Shown: piece by piece, positions 42,577 to 54,562 of the stretch | Numbering within the stretch: the stretch's first letter is position 1 | Layout of the letters: each line of letters begins with the position of its first letter | Origin: Tubiluchus corallicola | Lineage: Eukaryota > Animalia > Priapulida | Direction of reading: 5' to 3' | Length of the DNA: 64,000 nt | Assembly (NCBI GenBank): GCA_030141605.1 | Contig: JAQGDQ010000213.1 | Location: 248,001-312,000, forward strand | Position numbers and translations under genes: made by a program | The notes under the pieces: generated by a model | What the model saw: only the letters and a program-made list of their open reading frames with translations | Databases searched by the model: none | Told to the model about the DNA's origin: nothing

Positions 42577-45500
42577 TGTCTGTTATTATTTACTTATTAC
42601 ATGTAGTATAAGATTACAGTGCTACTTTATAAAGTATAAGCTGTGAAGAGTACGTTGATAGAGACTAGAACTTCTAATACAGTCAGTGTTTGTGCCTATA
42701 AAATGTGCAAAATATAATATTCTTATTACGAATTATCAGAAGTACATTCAGTCGAAACAATATTTAGTATATAATTACCTGTTTATAAATTATGAATGTA
42801 TTTGATGATGAATATTATGTCCTTGATGAATGTAACAAGCTTGTAAGTGGCAAGAATTTGAATACTATTCTATTATTCGGCTTCAAGGCAGGTAGTTCCA
42901 AACATATATCTGAACTTGTTTGCACTTGCATTCATAAATTGTAACTTTTTTGTTATTTAGTAGGACAAAATTTTAATGCAAATAGTATAAGAAATCAATA
43001 GATAGATCGTTCTGAAAGGCAGTGCAAATCCCTAAGCTATCGTGAATTTAAATCTGAAAAGCACTTGCAGTTACTGTTGTACATTTCATGTAGGAGCTGC
43101 GGCTGGGCCAACTCTGTGGGCTGGAACGAGTGCCGGGACCATTTACATTTATAGTATCACCATGCCAGGTGAAGAGAAGCGAACAGAGGAAGGAGTGACT
43201 GCTCAGTTAGGTATGCAACTGTTACGCTAGTTATCACTTATTATTATATTATAATGTATTATACTATTATAATTGTGATATTATGCAAGCCTGGTGTTTT
43301 TATTGTGAATTACGTTCATAATTAGTATCTCATCTTTCGTACATTTTAATCCGTAAAACTGACAGAATATAACTGCCACAGTGCATTCGCAGGCACCCAT
43401 TCCAAATTTCACAAAAATATTACTACTGTTGCTGTATTTACAACTTTGTTTAATGTAATTTATCTTTTATTTCATTCTGTTCATATTTACTTTTTTAAAG
43501 GCCATTTTAATCATCACATAAATGAAGCTTCTTGACTTTACAAAAATTAATGTTGCAAGTTTTTGCTTTTAATGTGCCTCATTTAATGTACAACTAACAC
43601 AGTTTATTTTTTTAGCAAAAGAAATACAGTTGAAGCACAGAGGTGCCGTGGCAGCGATCCAAGTTATCGACAATAAAGGTTACCCGGTGTATCCAGCAGC
43701 TATTACAAAGGAGCAATCTGCTGCAAATGATGCAAACCATAAAGTTATTATATGCTCAATGGAGCAATTTAAGGTTAGTAATTGCAAACCATGAACTGTA
43801 AAAGTTGATTTTTTATGCCTTTTGTGTGATTAACATTAATGGTAGAATTTTGCTGACTTTTGGTGAAATTGTAGTTTTGTTGAGTTTCTTTGTGTAATTC
43901 TTTACTGAAATTTTAGCTATGATTAATTTTACATAGGAAGTAAAACCTATGCTCAATAACTGTTTTAGTAGCAATGTACATGCTCTGTCATTGACCTGAT
44001 AATAAGTGTGTTTAAAGAGCCACCAACTTGCTGTCTTTAATGAGCAAAAATTTCAAAGTTGTAGAACAAAATGGAAAATAGTTGTTTAATGATGTTATTT
44101 TCTTCTGCTGTGAGAAGACATGGGAGGGATCCTATGGTTGGCATGAAAAATCATTGATGATTATTGTTTTTCCTCAACTAGGGGTCGGACACACATCTCA
44201 CTAAAAACAAATTTCTTACTGCTTTTTCTACCAGCAGACTGTAGTCGAGTACTCCTATATTTGACATTGGAGCTAATATCCGCAGTTTCAAAATAAATAA
44301 AAAATCATGATTAACAACCTGATAACATATCTACAATAATTAGTTAATTAATCAGTCAATACATTTCATTAATTTATAGAAACTGAAATACTCCTAGAAG
44401 GATTAACAGTACTATTAGTTTAGAAAGCAAGTCTGTAAAATGATCCAAATCATGATATTCTGCCTCTTCATAAATAAATGTATTTTACATGTGACTTTAA
44501 ACTTAATTTGACAATTTCAGGTATTTCAGCTTCCTAGCTTAAAGCCCCATGGGAAATACAAACTTGTTTCACATCATGGAGCACTCGTACGCAAGATAGG
44601 ATTTGTCAAATATACAAGCAGCAAAAGTATGTTTCGTTTGTGTTTTTTAACTGAATGTAAAATTTATTCTAAACACACTGTGTATTTGTTATACAAGAAA
44701 TTTCACTTGCATGTTTTTAAACCATATTTCTAGTAAGCATTAGAGTGGATTTTCTATTGTAGAAGTAAAATCTAAAAGATAGATATTCTTCATATTTGCT
44801 TTTTTTTAAACAGAATTTGCATGTTTCTCAGTACAATTTGCAGATCTTCATGATTCTGCATCTACATTTACCTGTACATTTTTCTATTTTTACATAGTAC
44901 AACCTAAACATCTAATCTTTACTATTATAGGGATTATATTAGCATTCATTCAAACATTAGTTAATAATAAATCCAGTTTTTATATTTAAAATAATTCTAC
45001 TGTAACTGTTTATTTATCAGTTTAAGTTAGTTTGCTATCTCTTAGTTGTTATCCAAATATTATAGCATTGTCTTAGAATAATTTTTTTCTAGAGTGACTT
45101 TTATAATGCATTTTGTTCTTCTGAATAATAAGGGTATGTTTACACATGAAAACAATAGCATTTCAGCAGGACTGCATACTATATAATAACACCAGATATA
45201 TATCTGTGCAGCGTTTCACTGGATTGCTATTATCTATCATGTCTAAACACTCACAAATTTTTTTATTGGTGTTTAGAATTTAATTGATATTTTTTTAAAT
45301 TTTGTGATTTTTTAGTTTTATTACCTTTTTATGCTATACAGTATTGCCCTTTTTTGCCTTATAATTAAAAGCATTATGGTTAATACATGCAGTTGATATC
45401 GTACCAAAAGTGACCCGATCTGAAGATGGGACAGTGGTGGCGCTACCAGGCAAGATGCATGCCAGCTTTCAGCTTTGTTTTTTAGTGCAAAATCGTGTGT

Positions 45501-48500
45501 GCGATGTTGTTATCATTGCTTAATTCTGCAAATTTTTGTTTGTTGTTATGCCAATGTTCTCAAATTGATGTGTTTATGTATTTATTAAATGCATTATAAA
45601 ATTTTCATATGCACAGAGTTTAAAGTACCATTTTGAACTTGCAAAAAAAATGTTATAAGGTGGATGACACTCACATACAAATAGTCAGTATGTATCTAGC
45701 TTTGTGGATTATTATTTATTACCTTTTTTGCCTCTCTCTTCTTTTACCCCACCTAATAATAGCTTACCTCAAACACCAAGCACAGTGCTTCACTATTTAT
45801 GGTCTGTACCATTCTTACACATGATAATTTTTTATGTTTTGAAATTTCCTTGTTTGCTGTTATTTCCTATCATTCTGTTGATTCTATTCATTAGATTCCT
45901 ACCACTCTGCACAGTGATTCCTTTTATTCTGCTAATTTTTACTAGTTTTGCAATACAATGTACGTTTTAATTTTACAAAGTATGTTCAACTACTGCTTTA
46001 AGTGTGCAAAAGTCTTTGTTTAATGGAAAACAGATTATTATATTATGTAACACTGTACTTAGCACTTGAAGACCAATTGGTAATGATCTTTTAGGTAAAA
46101 ATTTACGACCTGTTCTTTTTAATAAATTCTTTTAAAAGCATTCTGACTTGCTATAATGTGAGAATAATACTGTAATATATAGCATTAATAGCGGCAGTGA
46201 AAAGAAACTTATGCAACTAATCTGGCTCTGCAGCTTAAGCAACACAAGAACAGTTGAATCCCCTAAATAACAGTTAAGTAATTGTTTGGCTGATTTTAGT
46301 TAATCTGCTTAGAATGATTTATCAGACTAAGTTTCTGTGTGTTCCTCTTACAGATGAAGAATATAGTGAATGGTGCATCACATGCCTGTCACAACACGGT
46401 GAAGTCAGTATTTACAGTATTCCACAACTTCGTAAGCAGCTTCTTAAACCTTGTATGGACAAAGATGACATTCAGTAAGTGAAGTTAGAATGTAATTTTT
46501 GGAATTCACTGGCACAACTCTTTTAGTAGAAGCTAATCTCAAGACCAGAATTTCATTGTAAATCCCCAAAACTAAACAGACACACCAATGCTCATTAACG
46601 TGAATCTAAATTTTTTCACAGCGGTGCTTAAAAATCAAAAATTTTACTGTTAATGCCCAGTCAACAAAAACGGAAATACAAACAAGAAGGCGAAAACCTC
46701 TTTGTTGTAGAAAATGGCCATTTGTCAAAATCACCAGAGTTCTAAATCATTCCGAGATTGAATCAGAAACTGTTAAGCTTCATTCTGAAAAAATACTAGT
46801 AGTGATAGGAATATAATTTTTGAAAGTAGTGAAATTAATCACTAAAATTTATTTAATTTAATTTCACTGTTTCTGTAATCTAGAATCATTGTAACCGAGC
46901 TAATTCAAACCCTGATTCTTTGGATTCTTGTAAATTCTCATGGTGGGCCTTTGTGTAGCTTCTGTCAAAATATGTAATGAAATTCTGGCCCAAATTGTTT
47001 GTTTGACTGTTCCCACATGTTGGTGACCGGTAAAAAATATTATTAAATTTTTCGGTTTATGACTGCAATGACTTTGATTATTGCTAATGTTACAACTGCT
47101 ATTTTAGTATTTATGTTTCCTCCAGCTGTATTTGCAAATTCATGTTATGCAGTCTCTGTCTAATACCAGATTCTTCATTGCAGAGGTATAGCCTCACTCG
47201 TATTTGCCCAAGAAGGAGAGGGTTTCTACCTCAACTCTTCTAGCGAACTGACACGGTTTTCATTGTCAGCCCGAACCACGACACAGGCAATGTGTGTCTT
47301 GGAGCTTCCCGAAGGCATGCGACCGCTGCCTCCTGAACCAGAGCCTGAGCCTGAACCTGAGCCTGAAAAGGAGGCAAAGGAGCCAGATACAAGGTAATTT
47401 TTGGGCATAATGTTGGACAGAATGTTGTATAAAATTAGTTTATTCTCATTTCCCATATTTACCTGGCTTGTGAGATGTACATATATTACCTGCAAAAGTA
47501 TTTGTCTATATAGTTAATTGGAATTACACAAGGTAAATCCTAGCTATTTTGAAGTTGGGCAGAAAAACTTCTAGTGTCTTGATAAGGTTCTTATACTGGT
47601 TGTTTTTTCTGTCTGTTTTTTGTTGGGTGTTTTCTTGAAATTTATGTATTGCTTACACTTCTTTGGCTTTACTTGTGACTTGCTTTTTTCATCAGCAACC
47701 AATGTGATTCAAATCTGGCAAAGAAACTCATAATATTTCTTATGTAGTGCTGATGTGCTTCTATTCGTTTGGCTATCACAAAGTGCTTATTTGGCACTGT
47801 TGTTACTGAACTGTTATTTGTCTTCATAGTGGCAAGGATAAAGAAGGAGAGAAAGCAGAAGAGAAGAAGGACGAAAAGGTGGAAGAAAAGACGGAAGCAG
47901 AAGAAGAAGATAAGCCTGCTGATGAATCACAGGCAGAAGCAGCAGATTTGACACAAGATATAGTCACTGATCATACAGCGTAAGGATCACCAGGGTTTTA
48001 TTATTCTGTTTGCCCATTTTATAATAATGTATTAGTAGCTTTCAGTGTTATCAGGCAGCTTTTCTTTACACTTTTATGAAAGGTTTGCTTTCACTATTAT
48101 CATGCCATGACAGCAGGACAGAGGCTCTACCACTAGGCAAATTCTGCAAGTAATTTTTTTAATTTTTTTTAAGTTTAGCGTAAGTAGTTACGTAGTGTCT
48201 ATGTAATTGCTTAAGTTCGCAACTGTGAATTAAATGAAATGAGCTACTTGAATTGTTTTCCTGACATAGTATATCATTCATTGATGCTAACACGGAGCTC
48301 TCTTCCCTCAGCATAACACTTTTTTCTTTTGCTTTACCTGACTTTTTAATATTACGTCATCTCATGCAAGGATTACTGGCACATTACCCAGCTTTTGCCA
48401 ACAGTTTATGTTGTGTGCATAGAGCAGCAGAGAAAAATTTCTTGCAATAGCACTTGTCTAATTATGGCAGATAAAGCTATAAGAATCAAAGTCTTCAAGA

Positions 48501-51339
48501 GCATAATACAGGAAACGAAAGGTACTAAGGCTGGAAGACACTGAATATCAAAAAAGTATTTGTAACCAGATCAAAGTTATGATTGTAAAGGTTGTGAAAC
48601 AGTAAAATGGATGTATGTGACAAAGTATAGGCAGAATTTCAAAAATTTTCTGATGAAAAGGCTGAGTGAAAATCTCACCAAGATTACTTGAAGAGTATGC
48701 AGCCGAAATTGTAGAAATTTTGATTGCTCCTGAAAGCCCAGGCTGTACAATAAGATCATGAATTTAATTTCAAATGAAATCAACACAAGCTGTAGATAGG
48801 TAATTAACTAGAGTTAATTAGTACACTATGATACTTGTATAAGCCTAACACACAGGCACCATTGTGTTTTATTATATACAACAAAAATTCAGTTTTGTGA
48901 GTGGGGGGGGGGGGAGGAGTACACAGGGACTGTGGGAAAGGAGTTGACTGTTGAGAGGAGGTCCTAAAAATAGCTGTTGCCTAGGGAGGCAAACTACTTA
49001 GAGCTGGCCCTGCACAACACCATTTGTAATTTGTGGAATCTTTGTACTGAATTTTTTATAATTAAGTACTTACTACTTCCAATTAAATTTGCAGACCTAA
49101 AGAGGAAGAAGTGGAAAAGGGCAAAGAAACAGTTGATGGGCAGAAAGAAGAGGAGGAAGAAAAGTCAACAGAAGATGTTACAGGTGGTGATGTAACAGAA
49201 GAAGATATCATCACAGACCACACTAAGTAAGCTTGTGCCAAATTTTCTAAATATTTTCATCACTTGGTACCATTATGAAACGTATTTCATTTATAGTATT
49301 TATTCCAAAATTATTGGTTATTGGTGGAATGAACCCACAGTTGTTGAATTTTTGAAAGCGAAAAGAAAAGAAAATATAACTCAGGAATCATTGTATGTTC
49401 TTTACAAATCAAATGCTGTGACTATTGGACATTGTAATCCAAAGGGTATTTGGGCTCTGTGCCAGCTTGTTCAGATTTCAGAGTTTTTCTGTCAAGTTTG
49501 GTTTTAGCGATTCAATAATTGTGGGTTGGTTTCATCACTAACTTAGGTGAAATATTTATCACCTTCTTCATGACAGTCAGTCATTTAATAGTTGGCTGAA
49601 ATTTCAATCGGATTTTTTTTAACTCGCTTATTGTACTCGACACGTAAGCTTTAACTATTATTGATGCATATTTGATAGTCTTAATAAAGTGAATCTTATT
49701 TTCAGAAAGAAATTTGTTTCAAAAATTTTTATAAACCTTAAAACATATCTTATTTAAATCTCTAGTAAAAGCTACCATTAGCAGAAGAATAATCTAAAAC
49801 CATTTATTTACTATGATGTTTAGGAAGAATCCTCTTCTATTATCTGCAAAAAATTTACCAGTAAAAATAATACATGCCTGTTTGTACAATTGAATAAATG
49901 CTGCAACACCCACTTACCATACCAACATTACCTCTTTTCATAGTACCCCCAGTAGGCAACAAATAATATTCAGTTTTTAAAAAATATCAACCACTTTACC
50001 TAGGTGAAATTAAGTAGAGCAGTTTTCATCTACATTTAATCTACATCTACTTTTGCAGCATCTACATGTATTATCAGTCCTATATATAATCCTGCATAAG
50101 GTGATGTGATAGGTGTTTTTAAAGCAGCAGATATGGATTCTTTGACCTTGAAAACCTCTATTATATAGACATCAGAAGCATCGTGTGGGCTTATAAGCTA
50201 GCAATAACCTGTTTGTTGGCCATTTTGAAAATGATGCTCATATTGGATGATTTCCAGTTGACTCCCATATTCAGAAATTAATTACCTTGATAAGTTCTAG
50301 CATTGTGCAGTTACACAAACTTTTAACCAAAGTAAGCAATTTTTCACCATGATGACATGCTGTTTAGTAGTTACACAAATAACATGACAAGCATATGCAC
50401 TTAACATTTATGTGGCTTCCCAACTTATTATTTCTTAATATTCCTAGAAATTGTAATAATGAAAAGTTTCTCTAACAAGCTTAAATTAACATTTAAAAGT
50501 ACCACATCATGTTCAATTCTTTAGCAGATGTTATGCCTACACGTATTTGTGTGCATTACTGCTATTGCAAAATGTGCTGGTAAAAACACAATAGCGTATT
50601 TTACATTAGTAGCATCAGTTAAGAAATAGTTTAATGCTTATGATTTCTGTTTTTAGGCCGGTGGAAAGCAAGATGGATGACTTGAGTGACATCAAAAAGG
50701 CAGAGTCTGCTGCGGAGGCTACCGATAGTCAACCTGTAGCAGCTAATGGGAGTAAGTCATTCTAATAATTTTTTTTTAATTGTTTCGCCTTGTCATTGGA
50801 TCATTGTGGTTTATTTTTTGTGTTTTATGGTTTAAATGTAAAAAATTAATGGTTTTAATAGTGTACTATTTTCACAACATTGCTACAGTAGTTCTGGAAC
50901 AGTTTGCCAAACTTGTACCCTATGTATTCATTTTTGTCCATTTACAGTCAACACAAAAAACTCAAATTGTTCTACATACATCTCCATTTTTCCTGTACAA
51001 AATGTGCACATAGCCCAATCATTTCATATTTGCGAAGCAATGATATCTTAAAGTACTAGATGTATTTAAAAAACCATTTTTGCTGCCAACCTAGCCGCTT
51101 GCCACTCGACTTGTTCCAACTCAAGTTATCACACATTATAAGACTCAAACATTGATGGTATTTCGCCCGTACTTGTCAACCAAAGGAGTGAATTGTCGCA
51201 CTATTCACGTTTTGTAATATTAAGTGAAATTTCCCTGAAGACTAGTAAGTGAGGGTACATCATAGACTACATTCTGAGTAGTTTTATTATAATTTTTTAG
51301 TCCCTTTTCACAGCTGTAGTTTCACCAACAATCTTGTAA
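10753..51339 (+). CDS. lgl: Lethal(2) giant larvae homolog (Lgl/LLGL), WD40 double-propeller polarity protein; about 1257 aa if the 51314-51339 terminal exon is used
   Basis: 26 exons (3748 nt) join in frame. Lgl-diagnostic peptides: KFIR...[110 protein letters not shown]. No C-terminal SNARE motif, so it is not tomosyn. The terminal exon is uncertain. Confidence 0.93.
12700..13110 (+). mobile_element. hAT (ZBED-like) transposase remnant, C-terminal dimerisation domain
   Basis: YCPEP...[30 protein letters not shown] resembles the hATC consensus (EP...PLxWW...PxLxxxAxxYLxIPATS). Disrupted. Confidence 0.6.
13147..13291. repeat. Near-tandem duplication of about 67 bp
   Basis: ttatgtggcccattgttaaaatg(a)n...tcacttattaaatt at about 13147-13214 and 13226-13291. 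Confidence 0.9.
13882..14008. repeat. Two-copy about 50-bp direct repeat
   Basis: catg(t)ctggttgc[t/c]tgga[c/t]ac[g/a]aactaggactttggtgctgtgca at about 13882 and 13953. Confidence 0.85.
15255..15390. repeat. Dispersed repeat with internal CAGGTGGTC(C/T)TTTGAC-like subrepeats (copy 1)
   Basis: Multiple ggtggtc/ggtcgtcc/ctttgac units; related to 16868-17005. Confidence 0.5.
16868..17005. repeat. Dispersed repeat with internal CAGGTGGTC(C/T)TTTGAC-like subrepeats (copy 2)
   Basis: gtggtcctttgac, caggttgtcttttgacc and gacaggtagtcttttgtc units. Confidence 0.5.
17595..17692 (+). CDS. lgl: Lgl coding exon 2
   Basis: [33 protein letters not shown]; ends at the U12-type donor. Confidence 0.93.
17693..23610 (+). 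other. U12-type (minor spliceosome) GT-AG intron
   Basis: 5' splice site GTATCCTTT; branch point TTCCTTGAT at 23588-23596, 14 nt before the 3' splice junction; no polypyrimidine tract. Confidence 0.9.
18150..19450 (-). mobile_element. Decayed Ginger/KRBA2-like integrase-type element
   Basis: Minus-strand [16 protein letters not shown] (about 18760-18810) matches the HHCC zinc-binding start of KRBA2/SCAND3-like integrases. A Cys-rich tail [15 protein letters not shown] lies near 18190-18235. Many stops and frameshifts; boundaries approximate. Confidence 0.5.
23611..23692 (+). CDS. lgl: Lgl coding exon 3
   Basis: [27 protein letters not shown]|gtacgt. Confidence 0.93.
24340..24488 (+). CDS. 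lgl: Lgl coding exon 4
   Basis: [17 protein letters not shown]...[16 protein letters not shown], phase 2. Confidence 0.92.
26137..26214. promoter_or_regulatory. Intronic (GA)n tract plus NRF1-type palindrome
   Basis: (GA)n at about 26137-26152 and TGCGCATGCGCG at 26203-26214 (YGCGCAYGCGCR consensus), within a CpG-rich patch. Confidence 0.35.
26890..27000 (-). mobile_element. Degenerate tRNA-derived SINE head
   Basis: Minus strand begins GGGCGCAGTGGTGTAATGGCTA (A-box-like) with a degenerate B box AGTTCGTCC; no intact cloverleaf. Confidence 0.4.
27470..27555 (-). repeat. GTTCGGG-motif dispersed repeat (opposite orientation to the copies at 34060 and 34840)
   Basis: Repeated tcccgaac/ccgaacc units. 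Confidence 0.5.
30235..30601 (+). CDS. lgl: Lgl coding exon 5 (E/K-rich insert plus WD repeat)
   Basis: [10 protein letters not shown]...[14 protein letters not shown]...[15 protein letters not shown]. Confidence 0.92.
30791..30874 (+). CDS. lgl: Lgl coding exon 6
   Basis: [28 protein letters not shown]. Confidence 0.92.
31921..32047 (+). CDS. lgl: Lgl coding exon 7
   Basis: [26 protein letters not shown]...TTPYG. Confidence 0.92.
33981..34032 (+). CDS. lgl: Lgl coding exon 8
   Basis: [16 protein letters not shown]. Confidence 0.9.
34060..34990. repeat. Two GTTCGGG-rich repeat blocks (about 34060-34185 and 34840-34990), possibly ends of one non-autonomous element
   Basis: Repeated gttcggg/gttcagg/gtcggg units in both blocks, same orientation. 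Confidence 0.5.
36241..36389 (+). CDS. lgl: Lgl coding exon 9 (LLGL domain)
   Basis: [41 protein letters not shown]. Confidence 0.95.
36548..36765 (+). CDS. lgl: Lgl coding exon 10
   Basis: [14 protein letters not shown]...[14 protein letters not shown]. Confidence 0.95.
37222..37289 (+). CDS. lgl: Lgl coding exon 11
   Basis: [23 protein letters not shown]. Confidence 0.93.
37513..37654 (+). CDS. lgl: Lgl coding exon 12
   Basis: [13 protein letters not shown]...EEEWPPFRK. Confidence 0.95.
38667..38819 (+). CDS. lgl: Lgl coding exon 13
   Basis: [21 protein letters not shown]...GGTAGQVIV. Confidence 0.95.
39166..39451 (+). CDS. lgl: Lgl coding exon 14
   Basis: [13 protein letters not shown]...GFQP...[18 protein letters not shown]. 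Confidence 0.95.
40076..40226 (+). CDS. lgl: Lgl coding exon 15 (aPKC-phosphorylated polybasic motif)
   Basis: [24 protein letters not shown]; probable GC donor AG|GCAAGC. Confidence 0.88.
40529..40746 (+). CDS. lgl: Lgl coding exon 16 (E/K/A/P-rich insert)
   Basis: [27 protein letters not shown]...; phases 2 to 1 fit the neighbouring exons. Confidence 0.85.
41557..41623 (+). CDS. lgl: Lgl coding exon 17 (E/K-rich insert)
   Basis: [22 protein letters not shown]; phases 1 to 2. Confidence 0.85.
42289..42401 (+). CDS. lgl: Lgl coding exon 18
   Basis: [20 protein letters not shown]. Confidence 0.92.
42465..42573. repeat. (ATT)n microsatellite
   Basis: Directly visible, about 110 bp with a few interruptions. 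Confidence 0.95.
43094..43210 (+). CDS. lgl: Lgl coding exon 19
   Basis: [16 protein letters not shown]...VTAQL. Confidence 0.93.
43616..43773 (+). CDS. lgl: Lgl coding exon 20
   Basis: [23 protein letters not shown]...[12 protein letters not shown]. Confidence 0.93.
44521..44626 (+). CDS. lgl: Lgl coding exon 21
   Basis: [28 protein letters not shown]. Confidence 0.93.
46354..46474 (+). CDS. lgl: Lgl coding exon 22
   Basis: [26 protein letters not shown]...CMDKDDI. Confidence 0.93.
46543..46990. mobile_element. Putative MITE (about 450 bp) with imperfect terminal inverted repeats
   Basis: Left end gaccagaatttcatt and right end aatgaaattctggcc share a perfect 13-bp inverted core; the interior is non-coding. 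Confidence 0.5.
47184..47393 (+). CDS. lgl: Lgl coding exon 23
   Basis: [29 protein letters not shown], then (PE)n. Confidence 0.93.
47830..47979 (+). CDS. lgl: Lgl coding exon 24 (acidic tail, symmetric phase 2-2)
   Basis: [13 protein letters not shown]...[13 protein letters not shown]; 150 nt. Confidence 0.85.
49095..49226 (+). CDS. lgl: Lgl coding exon 25 (acidic tail, symmetric phase 2-2)
   Basis: [10 protein letters not shown]...[17 protein letters not shown]; 132 nt. Confidence 0.85.
50657..50751 (+). CDS. lgl: Lgl coding exon 26
   Basis: [31 protein letters not shown], then A|gtaagt (phase 1). Confidence 0.8.
51060..51168 (+). repeat. 109-bp inverted repeat, left arm
   Basis: Reverse complement of 56697-56805 with 7 mismatches and no gaps (hand alignment). 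Confidence 0.95.
51314..51339 (+). CDS. lgl: Candidate proximal terminal exon of Lgl (...ANGTVVSPTIL*)
   Basis: Good acceptor tcccttttcacag|, phase 1 compatible; AATAAA at 52083 and 52224 downstream. Confidence 0.5.
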
Positions 51340-54300
51340 AAGACAAACGAATGTATTTCGAAAGATGTGCCTACACGAGGCATTAATGTCTGACTAGTCT
51401 AAGAAGTAAAGAACTTTTTCTTTCTCTCTGTAAATCAAGAATTGCATCGTTAAATCGCAAAGAAAAAAATCTATAATAGAAGTGACTTTCAATACAAAAT
51501 TTTGTTACCCCAGTTTTTGTCTGTTAGTGCATAGGAAGCGGTACACATTCCCGGGCCCGCCGAAAGGATAAAAATATGATGGTGCAAATTTGATTCGGAG
51601 GCCTTTTTACCTCGTCACACATTTCCTTCTTGCCCATTTCGATGAAAATCATTACTTCTGGAATGTGCAGAAGCTGTTGGCGTGGATATACTAAACTTGC
51701 AACAGTTCCGTTTTATCATGGCCAATTTTACTTCCGGTGCTTAAACACTGGACATCCAGCGTATGCGTGCAGATACATTCCAAATACACGTGTAGACGTT
51801 TTTCTGCTAGCAGTCATTGTGCCTGTAGTGCCAGAATTAAGAATGTCCCCAACAACTTTTTTGGCTTATTTTGGTTTCTTGCTACCCTGCAGCTAATAAC
51901 TAGCCAATACAGTAATGCAGGACCGCTATAGAATTCTAGGCAGCTCACTGTTTAATATTTAATAATAAGATTATGTTGTTTGCATAAGATCTAGGGCATT
52001 ATATTTATGCTTGTACAGATTATCGGTGCTGTATGTTTGTTCACAGCTTTCATGGTATAAATTGCCCAATTACATAAATGTGAATAAAATATGTTGTTTA
52101 TGCAAAGAACGTTACAGTAATTTTCTGTGCGACAATGACAGTCTGTCATTCCTTTCTCTTTCCCTGTATGTTATTTTTGTACAGACATTAGTTTACTGTC
52201 CGTTTATACGTGTTTGGCTGTTTAATAAAACGAATTTCATTGACTTATAATTAAAGTGTATTGAAGTGTTATCAAAGGGTTCCATATTCATTTTTAAGCT
52301 ATCGGTAGGCACCTTCATTAAGCCTCTTTTTTCATTGAATATATTACTCTTATCACCTCTCGTAGGAGAAATCCATTGTTTAAGAAAAGGTTACACCTTA
52401 TTTTACTAAATGCTGTAATATGCATTTTGTAACTTAAAAGATATTAATTTTTGTCAAAATTTGAGTTCCTTTAAAAAAATTTCAACTCGCCATGTTTAAA
52501 CAAACTTCGTTATAATGATCACTGTGTACAAATCGTAAAATTTTGAAATATCCCACTTGTGGTTTGTAGGAATTGTTTGAATTGGCATGAATTTTATTTA
52601 CTGAGCATACATTGTAGCCTTGAAGTATTCTGCTAGCTATAATTAAGTAAGATATCTGTTAGAAAAAAATGGCAAATATACTTTCTAATTGTGATGTTTG
52701 AAAGCGTTTGACCCTGAAGCGCCTCTTTGTGGCATGAGCTGATGTGTAGAGATGTAGAGGTAGTTTCGTAATACGTGTACTAAAATGCTTTGTTGCTTTT
52801 GGTGTAATAACTTGATTTCTCACTGTGCTGCTTTTGATGTGCTGACTTACCATTACATTTCCCAAAGCTCAATTTATAATCTTTCTGAAAACACTGGGGA
52901 TAGTGTAACAGATACAGCAGTCGAGAAAATTCACATACATTAGGATAATATATTTATCGTAATATGTAAGTTTGTTCATAACAGAACAAAAAGCCAGTCA
53001 GTTTTTTACTTAAAAGTCTCTTGAGTGTCATTTCTTTTCGATGCAATTGCAGTGTTACCTTGATTACAATTAATGTCAAACGTGGCTTTAATACAAACTA
53101 CTTGTGAGTGACATTTGAATTATATTCTTTCATACCATCTTGTTTAAAATTATCAAAGTAGGTTGCCTTAACTACTTGCAGTTTTATCTGTTCAATATTT
53201 CATGCTGCTTCAACGTTTAATAAGTTGTAGTTAATAATGACCTCAGCATAGCAGGGAGTCAGCAAGCTATCCTTATTTATATCCCATTTTTGACAGATTT
53301 ATTTCATTTACATTAAAGTTTAATGTCCGTTTTCACCGCCATCTCTGGAGTCGGAAGGGCATGGGTAACATCAAGGATCTGCATATCATTTTCGTGGAAA
53401 AAACTTTCTTTCTACATTTTCCCTGTGTATCCCTTTGCCATAAGAATTCAGTTTTAATGAGACTTGGTGCTTGTGTTCTTTGTATATTTTATATCGTTTA
53501 ATTTTTTCTCAAAAGTACTTTCTATTTTTTCCAATACAAGATCGCCCTCTAACTTATGCAGCATCACTTAAGGCGTGTATGTTATGTATTAGATAATAAC
53601 AGTACCACGAAGTAGAGAGTAGGACATGCGATGGAAATACACTTAACTGTCGCGCCAACGGTCTGTCATTTCCGATAAATGATTCAAACCCTTGACAGGT
53701 TGCTCACCTATATGTATAGTATTCCCCTGCTTATGGCGCTCTCACACTCAATTTACCTATTTATGCAGTGCAGAAAAAGTTTCACTATATACGAAATCTA
53801 ATAGAGTGCATATCAAGAAAAGCCTGGCATTATAATTATTTCCTTTTATGTTGACTCACAAGAAACTTAAGTCGTTTTAAATACTCCGGACCGCTAGTGG
53901 TGTTTATACATAAACCACTCGAGGCCAGGCTATATTATGTCTGGCTATTGAATGTACGTGAGAACGTTGCCTAGCAGTCAGCACAGTTTAGCTCGTATTC
54001 AACTTGACAGCTGTCTGTTTGTGAGAAAACTGCCCAATTTTTCAGCGGTGTGCAGGGCTGCCAGCTATATGTGCTTTTCCAGAACTGATACCGACTCGCC
54101 ACAGATATGTGATGACGTAGTGACGATAGAATTTTGTATGCACGTGATTGGAATAGATCTTCCACGCATTTGCCCTCCTACGTAGTTACCAGGTGGTACT
54201 AAATCAGTAGCAGCCGAACTGAACGTATTCGTTTCTAGTGCATGTGTGTATCGGTAAACTATCTGTAAGACTGATGGGATGGTCCTTTTCATTGCCACCA

Positions 54301-54562
54301 GACTGAGCTTAAGATAACAAATGCTCGCTGGTGATGAGTGCTTCGCTGGTTTGGCATGCAATACAAACACTGAATTCCAGCCGTTTTCTTTATCTCATTC
54401 AGGTTTGCTGCTGGGCTCGGGGAAGCCCATTTAAATTCTGACTGAGGTTTTTGTGTTAAATTTAGATTTCCTGGTACTGCTGAGTTGTGCTAGTAGCATG
54501 TTTTAGTGGGTGCAGCCGAATAAATTTCTCGACTAAACCTAACAAAATACTGCATTTTGGAA

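Noticed and set aside
48903-48914. Poly-G run as a functional G-quadruplex
   Set aside because: An isolated intronic homopolymer with no evidence of function.
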